NCBI GenBank assembly: GCA_963818475.1 | Contig: CAWFSF010000002.1 | Coordinates: 544,001 to 608,000 of the forward strand | DNA: 64,000 bases | Direction: 5' to 3' | Origin: Nitrospirota bacterium | GTDB taxonomy: Bacteria > Nitrospirota > UBA9217 | In this document: positions 48,925-60,066 of the stretch, one piece after another | Position numbering within the stretch: position 1 is the first letter of the stretch | How the letters are laid out: each line of letters opens with the position of its first letter | Notes under the pieces: generated by a model | The model's input: the letters and a program-made list of their open reading frames with translations, nothing else | Told to the model about the DNA's origin: nothing | Database searches by the model: none | Position numbers and translations under genes: made by a program

Positions 48925-49302
48925 TCACCATCCTTTCGTCAACTGTCCCGATGGACCGCCTCTGGCGAAAATGCCGGCAGACAGACCGCGATATATTCGG
49001 CGCCGTCGGGTCCCGGAGTGCTGTACTGGACCCATTCGTTGCGCTCGCGTAATGATGGCCTGGCCTTCTTTGACATCGATGCTTCCGGTCCGCGTGGTCA
49101 CGCGAAGAAGACCGCGCAGGACCACGGTATATTCATCGAACTCGGGCGTCTGTCCCGGTTCGACCCAGCCGGAGGGACTCTTCATCCGGGCAATGCTTAT
49201 TGCGTCGGTTTTTGAATTGACGCGGCCGACAAATTCCTCGATCCTCTTCGGCATATTGCCCGCAGCGGTGATCACGGTCGGCGTTTCAATGAGTTTGGGC
49301 AT
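48925..49302 (-). CDS. Cupin domain protein (probable frameshift near 49040)
   Basis: PKRIEEFVGRVN, WVEPGQTPEFDEYTVVL.G; WVQYSTP in a shifted frame. Confidence 0.8.
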   Translation of the reverse strand: MPKLIETPTVITAAGNMPKRIEEFVGRVNSKTDAISIARMKSPSGWVEPGQTPEFDEYTVVLRGLLRVTTRTGSIDVKEGQAIITRAQRMGPVQHSGTRRRRIYRGLSAGIFARGGPSGQLTKGW

Positions 49303-49346
49303 ATCGCATCCCTTTCCGCAAATGAGAGCATAGGGCGTTCTTTTGA

Positions 49347-49412
49347 CCCCGGATCTATTATGACTATATACAAATTGACCAAGATTGATAAAGAGTAAAA
49401 GAAGGGTATTTT
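49347..49412 (-). repeat. Repeated promoter-like element, diverged copy 3
   Basis: CCCCGGA..ATGACTATATACAAATTGACCAA..GATAAAGAGTAAAAGAAGGGTA. Confidence 0.8.
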
Positions 49413-49551
49413 ATTAATGGTACTCAAAGTCATCTCATCCTTAAGCATGCCCTCTTAATCCCGATCAGGGCAAACGAGATATAATTAAAGCAGAACTTTT
49501 TTGACCGAGATCGACCCGATCAGACCTATCGGGTGCAGGGAGGTGATATCC

Positions 49552-49980
49552 ATGGCAACGAAGTCAGTGAGAGTGGATAATGATGTCGCCCGTAAACGGA
49601 TGGACAAGGAACATGAACAGATCCTGAATGCGCTTTTGAAACAGTTGACGCCCGTATTTTTGCACAGCCCGGACGGGGTCTATCTGTATCTGGACGACAA
49701 CCATAAGGTATGCAACAAGCGGCTGGCCGACATGTTCGGCATGACTGTTGAGCAATGGAGCAGGGTCCCGAATTTCCTGGAAGGATTTGTGGCGCCGCAG
49801 GACCGGGAGCTGGTCGCATCGAACTTCCAGAAACATGTGGCGGCACTGAGCAGGCCCGTCACGTTCCGCTTTAATGCTGTACGGAAGAACGGCGAGACCT
49901 TCACGGCGGAGACGGAGATGATCCCCCTCAGCTGGGGCGGCTACCCGATCGCCTATCACTTCGTGCGGGAGATAAAGTAG
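49552..49980 (+). CDS. Stand-alone PAS domain protein
   Basis: SPDGVYL..CNKRLADMFG..RKNGETF; RBS GGAGG before ATG 49552. Confidence 0.75.
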   Translation: MATKSVRVDNDVARKRMDKEHEQILNALLKQLTPVFLHSPDGVYLYLDDNHKVCNKRLADMFGMTVEQWSRVPNFLEGFVAPQDRELVASNFQKHVAALSRPVTFRFNAVRKNGETFTAETEMIPLSWGGYPIAYHFVREIK

Positions 49981-50024
49981 ACTGAGCCGATGTGGGAGAG
50001 GGCGGGTGAAAGGCATGACCGGCG

Positions 50025-50585
50025 CTACCACTCTGGGCGATGCGTGACTGCGGTGCTCTTGGCGTCAAGAAAGCGGAGCGCTTTGTCCTTCCATTCCCCG
50101 GCATACTCCACGCCTATCCGCTTCGTACTCCTGATCCGCGGTCGGTAAAGAAGGTCGTGCTCGAGGTACAGCCTGTCTTTTGTCAGGTCCAGACCGTTCG
50201 CGGAGCGGGTGATCTTGAAGCCGCGCGTAAGTTTTCCAGGGCCGGAGAGATCGGCCTTCCAATTTCCCAGGGGTTCTGCCGCCCGGATGAGCACCGCCTG
50301 ACCGCTTCCTGTCCTGCCCGCCACGATATTGAACATCTCGTACATCCCGTAGATCAGGTAAACATAGGCATGACCGGCAGGGCCGAACATGACCTCGGTG
50401 CGTTTCGTGCGGCCTTTGGATGAGTGGGACGCGAGATCATGGGGGCCGGTGTAGGCTTCGGTTTCCACGATGCGCGCCCGGTATTCCCTGCCGCGGCTGC
50501 GATGTACGAGGACCGCTCCGATCAGATCACGGGCGAGCTCTTTTGCGTTCTGTTGGTAGAAGGAACGGCCGAGCTTCTTCACCAT
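50025..50585 (-). CDS. mpg: 3-methyladenine DNA glycosylase (AAG/MPG)
   Basis: RIVETEAY, AYVYLIYGMY, AVLIRAAEP, GPGKL, RIGV. Confidence 0.93.
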   Translation of the reverse strand: MVKKLGRSFYQQNAKELARDLIGAVLVHRSRGREYRARIVETEAYTGPHDLASHSSKGRTKRTEVMFGPAGHAYVYLIYGMYEMFNIVAGRTGSGQAVLIRAAEPLGNWKADLSGPGKLTRGFKITRSANGLDLTKDRLYLEHDLLYRPRIRSTKRIGVEYAGEWKDKALRFLDAKSTAVTHRPEW

Positions 50586-50619
50586 AACACGGGCTCTCGA
50601 TGAGCAGGATGGATACTGC

Positions 50620-51816
50620 CTAGTCCGGACCGCTTTCGCGCAGCGGGACGGTATTGTGGATCCGCTCTTCTTCCATGAGCAGGACGAAGAGGCAGAACAG
50701 CAAAAGCACCATGGCGGAGAGCGGAGAGAGGAACCGGCTCGCGAGGTTTGCCGCGAGCAGGACTGCGAGCGTCCCGGCATATCGGAACGCTGCTGCGCGC
50801 GATTCCCGGGGGTGCATGACGTGGTGCAGAAGCCACCCGCCGAGCGCCCAAAGGTAGACGCCGCTCCAGAGCAGGCCGAAGGTGCCCTGGCGGAAGCGGT
50901 CCGCGCCGCTCTCCTTTATGGCGAGCTCGATGCCGATCCCCATCGCAACGATGCCCACGACCAGCGGGATGTGGCTGTACATGTATGGCTGACCGCTCCC
51001 CATCCTGACCCTGCCGATGGCGCGCTCCAGGTGCCGGAAGTAGATCCACCAGACGCAGACGCCGATGCCGAACCCAAGCGCCGAAACCGCGACGGCCGGG
51101 GCTTCCCAGTCCCTGCCGGCCAGGCCGCGCACCACGGCGCTGATGGACTCACCCAGCACGATGATCGTGAAGAGCCCGAACCGCTCGGGGATATGCGAGG
51201 GGCTCACGGCGGCCGAGGGATGCATGCTTCGCCAGATCTGCCAGGGCACGGCAAGCTCCAGGGCCAGGCTCGCGCCCCACAGGACGTACCGCGCCGGCGC
51301 GGGCATCAGGATCGAAACCGCCCAGAGCGCGGCCCCGGCGCCGAACCCCTGGAGATAGGTGCGGATGAACGGCCGAGCCGCAGGAGCATGCCTGCCCGCC
51401 CGGGCCAGGAGTGCGAGAAGGATGAGCCGTGCCCCAAGATAGGCAAGGCAGAAGGCCCGCGTCTCGCCCTCCGATGCGTGGTGGACCTCCACAGCCATGC
51501 CCACGACCGCGAACATCTGGAGGAACGTGAAGAGCCGGTAGACGAGGTCGTCGGTGTCGAAGCGTGTGGCATAGACCGTGTGGCCGGCCCAGACCCAGAA
51601 CAGGGGAATGAACAGGCCGGCGAAGACGAGCATGCCCCGTGCAGAATGGTTCTCCTCCAGCGCGGACGCCACCTGGGCCACCGCAGCCACGACCACGAGA
51701 TCGTAAAAAAGTTCGAGCCACGTGGCGTGCCGCTCCTCTCCCTCCTGCGGCGTCCGCAGACGGGGCCGGACGAGGAGGGACGCGCGGAGTTTGGGAACGA
51801 GTCGGGAAAGCTTCAT
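50620..51816 (-). CDS. ltrA: Low temperature requirement protein A
   Basis: ATWLELFYDLV, HIPERFGLFTIIVLGE, WWIYF. Confidence 0.9.
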   Translation of the reverse strand: MKLSRLVPKLRASLLVRPRLRTPQEGEERHATWLELFYDLVVVAAVAQVASALEENHSARGMLVFAGLFIPLFWVWAGHTVYATRFDTDDLVYRLFTFLQMFAVVGMAVEVHHASEGETRAFCLAYLGARLILLALLARAGRHAPAARPFIRTYLQGFGAGAALWAVSILMPAPARYVLWGASLALELAVPWQIWRSMHPSAAVSPSHIPERFGLFTIIVLGESISAVVRGLAGRDWEAPAVAVSALGFGIGVCVWWIYFRHLERAIGRVRMGSGQPYMYSHIPLVVGIVAMGIGIELAIKESGADRFRQGTFGLLWSGVYLWALGGWLLHHVMHPRESRAAAFRYAGTLAVLLAANLASRFLSPLSAMVLLLFCLFVLLMEEERIHNTVPLRESGPD

Positions 51817-51849
51817 GGTCGCGAGCCGGGCATTCTTTGGCGCACCGGT

Positions 51850-52662
51850 CTAGGGTGCTGCCGGTTTGTAATATCCCGTCGCCTCGGGCAGGAGTCCCTT
51901 GATATTCTCGATCCTTTTTGCGTCGGCAGGATGGGTGCTCAAAAGCTCCGGCGGCGCTTTGCCGCCCTTGGACGCCATCATCCGCTCCCAGAACGCCACG
52001 GCGCCCTGCGGGTCATAGCCTGCCATTGCCATGAAGATCAGCCCCAGATGATCGGCCTCGGATTCCTGCACTCTGCCGTAAGGAAGCAGCACGCCCACCT
52101 GTGTCCCCAGTCCGTAGGCAGCAAGGAAAAGATCGTTCGTCTTCCCGGAATTCTGCGAAAGCGCCGCATCGAGCGTAAGACCGCCCATTTCCACCAGAAG
52201 AGACTGGCTCATGCGCTCGCCCCCGTGGTTCGCCACGGCATGGGCGATCTCATGCCCCATCACCACCGCGAGCCCGTTTTCATCCCCGGCAACAGGCAGG
52301 AGCCCCGTATAGACCACAACCTTCCCGCCGGGCATGCACCAGGCGTTTACCTCCTTGTCCGCCACGAGATGAAATTCCCATTCGTACCCTTTCAGACGAG
52401 ATGCCATGTTGTGCTCGGAAAGATACCGTTCCACGGCCAGCTGGATCCGCTTACCCGCACGCTTCACCATCTCCGCCTGCTCTCCCTGTTCAACGACCTC
52501 GTGTTTGGCAAGAAAGTCCTTGTACTGATTGAAGCTCAGGGGAAGGATCTGGCTCGCCGGCACGAACGAGAGCTGTTCCCGTCCGGTGATCGGAACGGTC
52601 TGGCAGGAAACTGCAAAAGCTGATGAAAGTATAAGCAGGAGAATGGTAAGGTTCCGTTTCAT
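51850..52662 (-). CDS. M48 family metallopeptidase lipoprotein
   Basis: Lipobox AVSC, NAWCMPGGK, HEIAH, ESEAD, LSTHP. Confidence 0.92.
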   Translation of the reverse strand: MKRNLTILLLILSSAFAVSCQTVPITGREQLSFVPASQILPLSFNQYKDFLAKHEVVEQGEQAEMVKRAGKRIQLAVERYLSEHNMASRLKGYEWEFHLVADKEVNAWCMPGGKVVVYTGLLPVAGDENGLAVVMGHEIAHAVANHGGERMSQSLLVEMGGLTLDAALSQNSGKTNDLFLAAYGLGTQVGVLLPYGRVQESEADHLGLIFMAMAGYDPQGAVAFWERMMASKGGKAPPELLSTHPADAKRIENIKGLLPEATGYYKPAAP

Positions 52663-52711
52663 AAGCACCGCCTCCGTTTCACGCCTACGCATTGATCGCA
52701 ACATGAATTAA

Positions 52712-53185
52712 CTATGGCGCGGGAATGAGGACCAGGTCGAACCCTGCTTCGGTCTTTCCCTGCGCCGGATAGTGCTGCGTGACCAGGGTCTTGAATCCCT
52801 GGGCAGATACCCGGATATGGATGTGAGGCTGCCGGGCTCCGTAGGGCAGCGGGATGTTGCTTTCGAAACGGTACGAGCCGGCGGCATCGGAGTAGACGGT
52901 TGCGCGGTGCGCATCGTCGTACTCTCCGTCAGGCCCGGCAAGCCAGAATTCGATCGCGGCCTTTGCGACAGGTTCGCAGTCCTTTGACGACCTGACGGTC
53001 CCCTGCAGCACATACCCTTTTCCAACGCTTGACCGCACCGGAGCATTGGGCTCGTAAAAAGGTCCGAGAATATCCGATCCCGTGGGCTTGCAGTCTGCTG
53101 CAAGAGATTCGGCGGTAGATATGATCAGCAGGAGGAATACGCCGATCAACATTGGATATCCGGGTTTCATCAATCCGCACCCCAT
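52712..53185 (-). CDS. Intradiol ring-cleavage dioxygenase family protein (secreted)
   Basis: GPFYEPNAP, GEYD, PYGARQPHIH, LVTQHY. Confidence 0.85.
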   Translation of the reverse strand: MGCGLMKPGYPMLIGVFLLLIISTAESLAADCKPTGSDILGPFYEPNAPVRSSVGKGYVLQGTVRSSKDCEPVAKAAIEFWLAGPDGEYDDAHRATVYSDAAGSYRFESNIPLPYGARQPHIHIRVSAQGFKTLVTQHYPAQGKTEAGFDLVLIPAP

Positions 53186-53193
53186 GCCTCGAC

Positions 53194-53850
53194 TCAGTAA
53201 TAACTCACTTCCAGCAGCGGCGCCAGGATCTCCCGGTCACGTCCCGTGGTATCGTTTATCACGATGAGACCGGGAGTGACCGGTCCGAGGTCCTCCATGA
53301 TGCGGACCTGGAAGTCCGGCAGCCCCAGTCGCTGCGCCTCCCTCATCAGGAAAGTAACATCCACCGGAACGTGGTTGCCAAAGTCGGCCTCCGAGATCGG
53401 CGGTTGTATGGTGATGCTGGCCAGCGCAGGCTGCTGCACACGGTCGAAATCCGTACCCATCAGCGTCGGCGGCTGAAAAGAAACGAGGTCGATGCGGATC
53501 GGGATCGTTCCGATCAGCGGGTTGGGAAAGATGTTGTCGATGAAGATATCGAGGGTCGCAGAAGAAATGCCTGCATTGAGCGGAACGCCGCCCGGGCCGC
53601 CAAGATAAAAGTCCAGGAAAGTGCGGTATTCGACGTTGGTTGCAGGGTCAATGCCGGCATACAGGGTTTGCGTGTTGCCCTGCGTCACGGTATACACCCC
53701 CGTATCAGGATCCCGTGCAATGTCGCCGTCGTACGCCGGATCGCTCAATATCTGAGTGACAATGACAGGCGATGAGCTGTGGTCTCCTCCGCATGCTCCG
53801 AGTGTCAAGCTGACGACCAATAGCGTAACAACAACGATGGGAACCTTCAT
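53194..53850 (-). CDS. Hypothetical lipoprotein
   Basis: Lipobox LGAC; RBS GGAGG. Confidence 0.75.
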   Translation of the reverse strand: MKVPIVVVTLLVVSLTLGACGGDHSSSPVIVTQILSDPAYDGDIARDPDTGVYTVTQGNTQTLYAGIDPATNVEYRTFLDFYLGGPGGVPLNAGISSATLDIFIDNIFPNPLIGTIPIRIDLVSFQPPTLMGTDFDRVQQPALASITIQPPISEADFGNHVPVDVTFLMREAQRLGLPDFQVRIMEDLGPVTPGLIVINDTTGRDREILAPLLEVSYY

Positions 53851-54013
53851 GGCGGGCCTCCTCTTGAGCCAGTCCGTAATGTTAAAATAGAACTACAGAG
53901 TCCACGAAAACTTTTTAATGCAACTGCTTCAAGTGTACCACGCGCGGAACCGAAAGAATTGCGTTCCTAACTAATACTTTAGCAGGAGAGCAGCAGCATG
54001 CGATGATTGCGAA

Positions 54014-55753
54014 TCAGCCGGAAGCGGCGCTTCTCAGGTTGCCGCGCCTGAGCCTCCGCAGGAGCTGTCCCGCCTTCAGGGTGTTCAGAACATGCTTTTT
54101 CGTAAGCCACCCGCGCCGCGCAACAGACACACCATAGGCCATGAAGTCGAACTGGTCTGTGAGATGCATGTCCGTGCTGATCGCAAGAGGAACGCCGTAT
54201 TCAGCGGCCAATTTCGCGTACTGGTCCGTGAGGTCCAGCCGCAGGGGATAGGCGTTGATCTCCAGGCAGACGCCGTACTTCGCCGCCTCCTTCAGCACCG
54301 CCTCCAGGTCCACGTCATAGGCGTCCCGCTCATTGATCAGCCTGCCCGTGGGATGGGCGATAACGGAGACCGCGGGATTCCTGATCGCGGCGAGCAGACG
54401 GCCCGTGATCTTGTCCCGGGGCTGGCTGAAGCCCGAGTGGATCGACGCGACCACGATGTCGAGGCCGGCCAGCACGCTTTCAGGGAGGTCCAGGCTTCCG
54501 TCGGAACGGATGTCCACCTCGGTTCCCTTGAGGATGCGGAATCCCGTGAGCTTTTCGTTCGCCTCGTCGATCATCCGCATTTGCTGCGCAAGCCGCTTCT
54601 CGTCCAGGCCGCGCGCCACGCCTAATCCCCTGGTATGGTCCGTGATCGCGATATACTCGTAGCCTTTTTTCCTGGCCGCCTGGACAACGGTGTCGAGGTC
54701 ATGACTGCCGTCGGACATGCTGGTATGCACATGAAGATCGCCCCGGATGTCGTCCAGCGTGATCAGGTCGGGCAGGGTTCCCTCAAGCGCCTGCCTGATC
54801 TCTCCCCGGTCCTCGCGCAGCTCAGGAGGTATCCAGGGAAGACCGAGCGCCTGGTACACGTCTTCTTCTTTTTTCCCGCCGATCTTCTTCTCCGCAGCCC
54901 CCTGGAACACGCCGTACTCGTTGATCTTGAGCCCTGCCCGGACCGCCATCTCCCGCAGCCTGATGTTGTGCTCCTTGCTGCCGGTGAAATACTGGAGCGC
55001 CGCGCCAAAGGAGTCTTCCTCCACCACCCGCAGGTCCACCTGGATGTTGTCGTCGGTCAGGACCGACGATCTGGTCCCTCCCCGGCTCAGGATCCGCGCG
55101 ATCTGCGGCAGCTTCACGAACGCCTCCATCACCGCCTGCGGCTCCTTCGACGTGCAGAGGATATCGATGTCCTTCACCGTGTCCTTCCAGCGCCGGATGC
55201 TGCCCGCGATCTCGATCTTGTGTATCGGCGCGCTTTCCTTGATGCGCCTGACGATCTCATTGGCAAGCGGCAGCGCGCGGCCGAGCGGCTGCCGTCCGCT
55301 CCTCCGCCGGACCAGCTCGATGCCTTTCAGGATGTTCTGCTCGGTTTTGTCCTGAATGCCGGGCAGCCCCTTCAGCCTGCCTGCCTTGATCGCTGCCTCG
55401 AGATCATCGAGGCTTGCGATCTTCAGCTTTTCAAGGAACTGCTTCGCTTTCTTCGGCCCGAGCCCGGGCACGCGCAGCAATTCCAGCACCCCTGCCGGTA
55501 TCTCCTGCTTCAGCTCCTCGTACTTCGCGATCATGCCCGTCGCAAGATACTCGCGGATCTTTGCCGCAAGGTCCTTGCCGATGCCCGGCAGCTCGGTCAG
55601 TTCCTCGTCCGGGAGCGTTGCCACGTCCTTCGAAAGGCCCTCGATGGTCTGGCTGGCACGCTGGTAGGCGCGGATGCGGAAGACGTTCTCGCCCTTGAGC
55701 TCAAGAAGCTCCGCGATATCGTGGAAGATCTGCGCGATCTGCTGATTTTTCAT
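54014..55753 (-). CDS. polX: DNA polymerase X / PHP 3'-5' exonuclease
   Basis: GENVFRIRAY, HhH motifs, AGSIRR..DIDIL, YFTGSKEHN, GDLHVHT..SDG, HPTGRL, RRGW. Confidence 0.95.
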   Translation of the reverse strand: MKNQQIAQIFHDIAELLELKGENVFRIRAYQRASQTIEGLSKDVATLPDEELTELPGIGKDLAAKIREYLATGMIAKYEELKQEIPAGVLELLRVPGLGPKKAKQFLEKLKIASLDDLEAAIKAGRLKGLPGIQDKTEQNILKGIELVRRRSGRQPLGRALPLANEIVRRIKESAPIHKIEIAGSIRRWKDTVKDIDILCTSKEPQAVMEAFVKLPQIARILSRGGTRSSVLTDDNIQVDLRVVEEDSFGAALQYFTGSKEHNIRLREMAVRAGLKINEYGVFQGAAEKKIGGKKEEDVYQALGLPWIPPELREDRGEIRQALEGTLPDLITLDDIRGDLHVHTSMSDGSHDLDTVVQAARKKGYEYIAITDHTRGLGVARGLDEKRLAQQMRMIDEANEKLTGFRILKGTEVDIRSDGSLDLPESVLAGLDIVVASIHSGFSQPRDKITGRLLAAIRNPAVSVIAHPTGRLINERDAYDVDLEAVLKEAAKYGVCLEINAYPLRLDLTDQYAKLAAEYGVPLAISTDMHLTDQFDFMAYGVSVARRGWLTKKHVLNTLKAGQLLRRLRRGNLRSAASG

Positions 55754-55871
55754 GGCAGGCACCTTTCTGCGCACGGTTCTGATCAGAAACAGCTGCTATT
55801 TCGATTGTATCACAGGGGAAGGGGAAGAATTCGCGGCGGGTGATGCGGTTCAGCAATAAAGAAGACGGCGG

Positions 55872-56390
55872 TCACTTCGGGTCTGCATGAAACAGTTTGC
55901 CAATGAGCAGATTGAGGGGGTTGGAGCGGGAGAGAAAGGCGATAGGCGGACTTTTCCGTGTGCCGAGGCGCTGCATTTCTTTTTTGAGCTCCAGATTTCC
56001 CCGGTCATACTGCAACCCTTTTTGAAAGTTCTCGACGGCTTCCTTCTTATTGCCCGAGGCAAGTAAGGTCCTGCCGAGATTGAGATAGAGGATGGGATAG
56101 ACCCTGCCCGCGAGATCGCGATCGGAGGTCTTGAACAGGACGAAGGCCTTCTTGCAGGCAGCCAGTCCGCTCTTGTGTTTCTTGTCCACAATTGCCTGGA
56201 GCCAGCCGCAATAGGAAAGGATGATGGGTTGCTTTGGATAGATCGCGCTTGCCTGGAGCAGAATGCCGTAAGCGTCCTTGCGCCGGCCGCTCCGGAGATG
56301 AGCGCGCGCAGACTTGAGATACTCGGCAGCGGGCATTACCTCGGGCTGGTTCTGTTGTTCTGCTGACCCATGGGTATTGATCGGTTCCAT
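55872..56390 (-). CDS. TPR repeat protein
   Basis: YLNLGR..LASG.KKEA...FQKGL; RS.PLN..IG. Confidence 0.8.
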   Translation of the reverse strand: MEPINTHGSAEQQNQPEVMPAAEYLKSARAHLRSGRRKDAYGILLQASAIYPKQPIILSYCGWLQAIVDKKHKSGLAACKKAFVLFKTSDRDLAGRVYPILYLNLGRTLLASGNKKEAVENFQKGLQYDRGNLELKKEMQRLGTRKSPPIAFLSRSNPLNLLIGKLFHADPK

Positions 56391-56581
56391 GGGCGAGAGT
56401 GTACCATTTGCCTCGCTTGAATCAAGAAAAAACCTTCAGGCCTGATTATTCACGATCCCGCGACAAGATATTTTAGCATCACCCATTTAAAACACCTGGA
56501 GAAACGCGCTGCCCATTCGTTCATGCGTCTGCATACTCTGCGGATATGCGCAGCTGCCTTCTTGTTTTCCTGAAGCAGGAT

Positions 56582-59500
56582 TCAGCAGTCCTCCTTACGT
56601 GCGACTCCCCGCCTCCACCAGCTCGCGAAGCTGATCCGCCGGCACCGGCCTGCTGAACAGAAAACCCTGCGCCTCGTCGCATTCCGACTCGCGCAGAAAA
56701 GCGAGCTGCTCCTCGGTCTCCACCCCCTCGGCAACGGTCTTGATCCCCATCTTGTGCGCCATCGAGGTGACTGCGCCGATGATCGCACGGTCATCGGAAT
56801 CCTGTCACAATGTCCTGGATGAAGGACCGGTCTATTTTGAGACGCTCGATCGGCAGTTTTTTGAGGTAATTGAGCGACGAATAGCCGGTCCCGAAATCGT
56901 CTATCGAAATATGCACTCCCATCTCCCGCAGTTCCCGAAGCTGCGAGGCGCTCTGCTCGACATCGCTCATTGCGGTGCTTTCGGTCACCTCCAGGTCGAG
57001 ACAGCCCGGCGGCAGTCCTGTTTTCCTTCAGAAGTGGCGGATATCATCTCGACGAGCATCGGGCTCTGGAACTGGCGGGCCGAAAGGTTGACGGCAACGC
57101 AAAAACTCTCCAGTCCCGCCTTCTTCCATGCAGCGGCCTGCGAGCAGGCGGTCCTCAGCACCCATTCGTCGATCGATGTTATGAACCCCGTCTCCTCGGC
57201 GAGCGGAATAAAGTCGCGGGGCTCAAGAAGGCCTCTCTCCGGGTGGTTCCACCGGACCAGCGCCTCGGCATAGGATATTTTTTTCGACCTGATGTCGATC
57301 TGGGGCTGATAGAGGACCGAGAGCTCCCCGCGGCGTATCGTCTGGCGCAGCCAGCCTGCCAGCCTCATCCGCTCGATGGTCTTCACGTTGATCGAGGGGT
57401 TATAGAACCGGAACGTGTTCCTGCCGCTTTCCTTTGCGTGGTACATGGCGATGTCCGCATAGCGGAGCAGCGTTTCTATATCGTCGCTGTCGTCCGGGTA
57501 AACGCTGATCCCGACGCTCGTCGTGGCGTGCAGTTCATGCCCGCCGACGATGACCGGCTTCCGGAGGGAATCGACGATCTTGGCCGCGATGTCGCTCACG
57601 TCTTCGGTACGGTTGATATCCGCCAGGATCATGTTGAATTCGTCCCCGCCGATCCGGGCGACGGTGTCCGATTCACGGGTGGTCCACCGGAAGCGGTCCG
57701 AAACTTCCTTCAGCAGATCGTCCCCGGCCTCGTGGCCGAGCGTATCGTTGATCTCCTTGAAGTGGTCGAGGTCGAGAAACAGGATGGCAAGTTTCGTTCT
57801 GCGGCGCCGGGCCTCTGCCAGCTCGACCTGCAGGATGTCGATGAACAGCCGCCGGTTCGGAAGCCCGGTCAGGGCGTCGTGCTGCGCCATATGCCGGATC
57901 TCTTCTTCCATCAGTTTCCGGTCGGTCACGTCCCGCGCGATCCCCGCAGACCCGATGATGATCCCCCCCTCGTTATAGATCGGGGTCTTGATGGTCTCGA
58001 TCCATCGGACCGTACCCTCGGCGGGGACGAGCATCTCTTCGACCTGTTTCAGCGTACCCGACCGCATGACCTCTTCGTCGTCCGCCCGGTATTGTTCCGC
58101 AAGCTCGCGCGGCCATGCGTCCAGGTCCGTTTTCCCGATCAATTCGCCAGGGTCCTTTCCGGCCGCGATCCCGAAGGGAGGGTTCACCAGAATGAACCTG
58201 CCTTCCCGGTCTTTGAGCCAGGCGATATCCGGAATGCTGTTCAGGAAGGCATTGAGGAGCTGCTCGCTTCTCCTGAGAGCATTTTCGGCCCGCTTTCGCG
58301 CCGTAATGTCCTGAACGACGATGTTCACCCCGACGACATCGCCGGTCTGCTCCCTGACCGGATAATAGTGAGCGAGAACAGTTACCGCCCCTTGCATCGT
58401 TTTTCGGGTGAGCTCGATGTTTTCGACCGGCTGCCCGGTTTCGATGGCACGTTTGCAGAGCTCTTCTATGGTCTGGTCTGCCTCATCCGCTACGACCTCG
58501 CGGACGGTCCGGCCGATGGTTTCCTCAATAGGGACGTTGTTCATCTCCGCAAGCCTTCGGTTGATCTTTACATAGCGCATGTTCCTGTCGATGAAACATA
58601 GTCCGACGGGAGCTGTTTCGTAGATCGTCCGGAGTTCAGCAAAACGGGTTTCCGCCAGTTTCCGGTTTTCCTGCAAGGCCTGGTACAATTCCGCGTTCTC
58701 GAGAGCGAGCGAAACGGATGCGGCAAGCTTCCGGGCGAAATCGAGATGCTCGTCGCCGAATTCTAATTGTTTCGAAAGTTCGCAAAATACCATGGCGCCG
58801 ATGACCCGGTCTTTTGTCATGACGGGAGCTGCCAGCAGGGACCGGATCCCGATCTCGCGGAGGAATTGCACGTTCAGCCGTTCGTCATTGAAGGCGTCGT
58901 TGAAGGCTACGGCATCTCTTGCCTTTGCCGCGTAATCCATGGCCAGGCATTCGTCGGAGGTCAGGATCCGGCGGGAAAAATCTTCCGGCATGTTGTGGAC
59001 GTAGCGGACACGAAAAATGCCGTCCTCGAACTGGCCGATCAGGGTCGCGTCGACGTTCATCGCCTTCGCTGCTCCTTTGACGACGCGCTGCATGATCTCG
59101 TCGATGTCGAGGCTCGAGTAAATGACCGTACCGAGATTGTTGAGCGCATCGCTCAGCGCTTTTGATTTTCTGATCAGGTCCTCGGCCCGCCTCCGTTCGG
59201 CGATCTCGATGATGAGTTCTTCGTTGGTTTGTGCGAGTTCGCGCGTGCGCTCCTGCACGTTTATTTCGAGTTCGGCATATGACCGTTTCAGGGTTTCCTT
59301 CACGCGCCGGAGGTTCGCTTGAGATCCAAGGAGTTCCTCTTCGATCCGTTTCCGTTCGGTTATGTCCCGCATGATCGAGGCGTAACCCGTTACCGTGTTC
59401 CCGGTCTTCAGCGCAACGGCGCTCAGCTCAACAAGAATTTCCCTTCCGTCTTTCGCGAGCCTCACGGATTCGTGCGCAAAAATTTTTCTCTCTCCGTTCA

Positions 59501-59717
59501 GCGCCGTGACGCAGTGCTCCAGCTCCTGCTGCGCGATGTCCGCCGGGATGATTACGGAGAAATGTTTGCCGATGATCTCATCCGCCCCGTATCCCAGCAT
59601 ATCTTCCGCACCGTGGTTCCAGCTCTGGATGATAAAATCCGTGCCCGTTACACAGATAGCGTCCGGGATGTTCTGGACAATGGTGAAAAATGGGTATTCA
59701 AATTGGTGAAGGTCCAT
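56582..59717 (-). CDS. PAS-GAF-PAS-PAS-GGDEF-EAL diguanylate cyclase/phosphodiesterase (frameshifts near 57030 and 56800)
   Basis: [15 protein letters not shown]-site, GGDEF, EALVRW; DDFGTGYSS in ORF 56791..56988. Confidence 0.9.
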
Positions 59718-60066
59718 AGTGGTATGCCCTGATGGATTGAGACCGCTCAGCCGCGTCTTTTACAAATCCTCAACATTGATACATATGTAAAGTCAAAATC
59801 TACCACTGAGAGTCAAAAGTCGATTTGAAAAGTTAATGGTTTCTCTGTGCCCGTGCTTCTGTGGTGAATATAGGTTTGTTACTATTTGCTCGAGATTTAC
59901 ATTCCTCATAATTTAGATTGTAACTCTCTTTCACAAGGGACAAAAAGGATGAGAGAAAAGCGTGCTACTTTAGGCTTTTGGTTGAGTACGGGTAGATGCT
60001 GCTATACTTAAAATAAGCGACAACGCGGGGAATCGGGCGCTTTGATCGGCAGCGCGAGGTGAAAAC

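Noticed and set aside
50656-52623. Long plus-strand ORF (655 aa) and similar antisense ORFs (21963..23177, 32689..34026, 54635..55843, 56970..58601)
   Set aside because: Shadow ORFs opposite well-supported GC-rich genes, with no family motifs.
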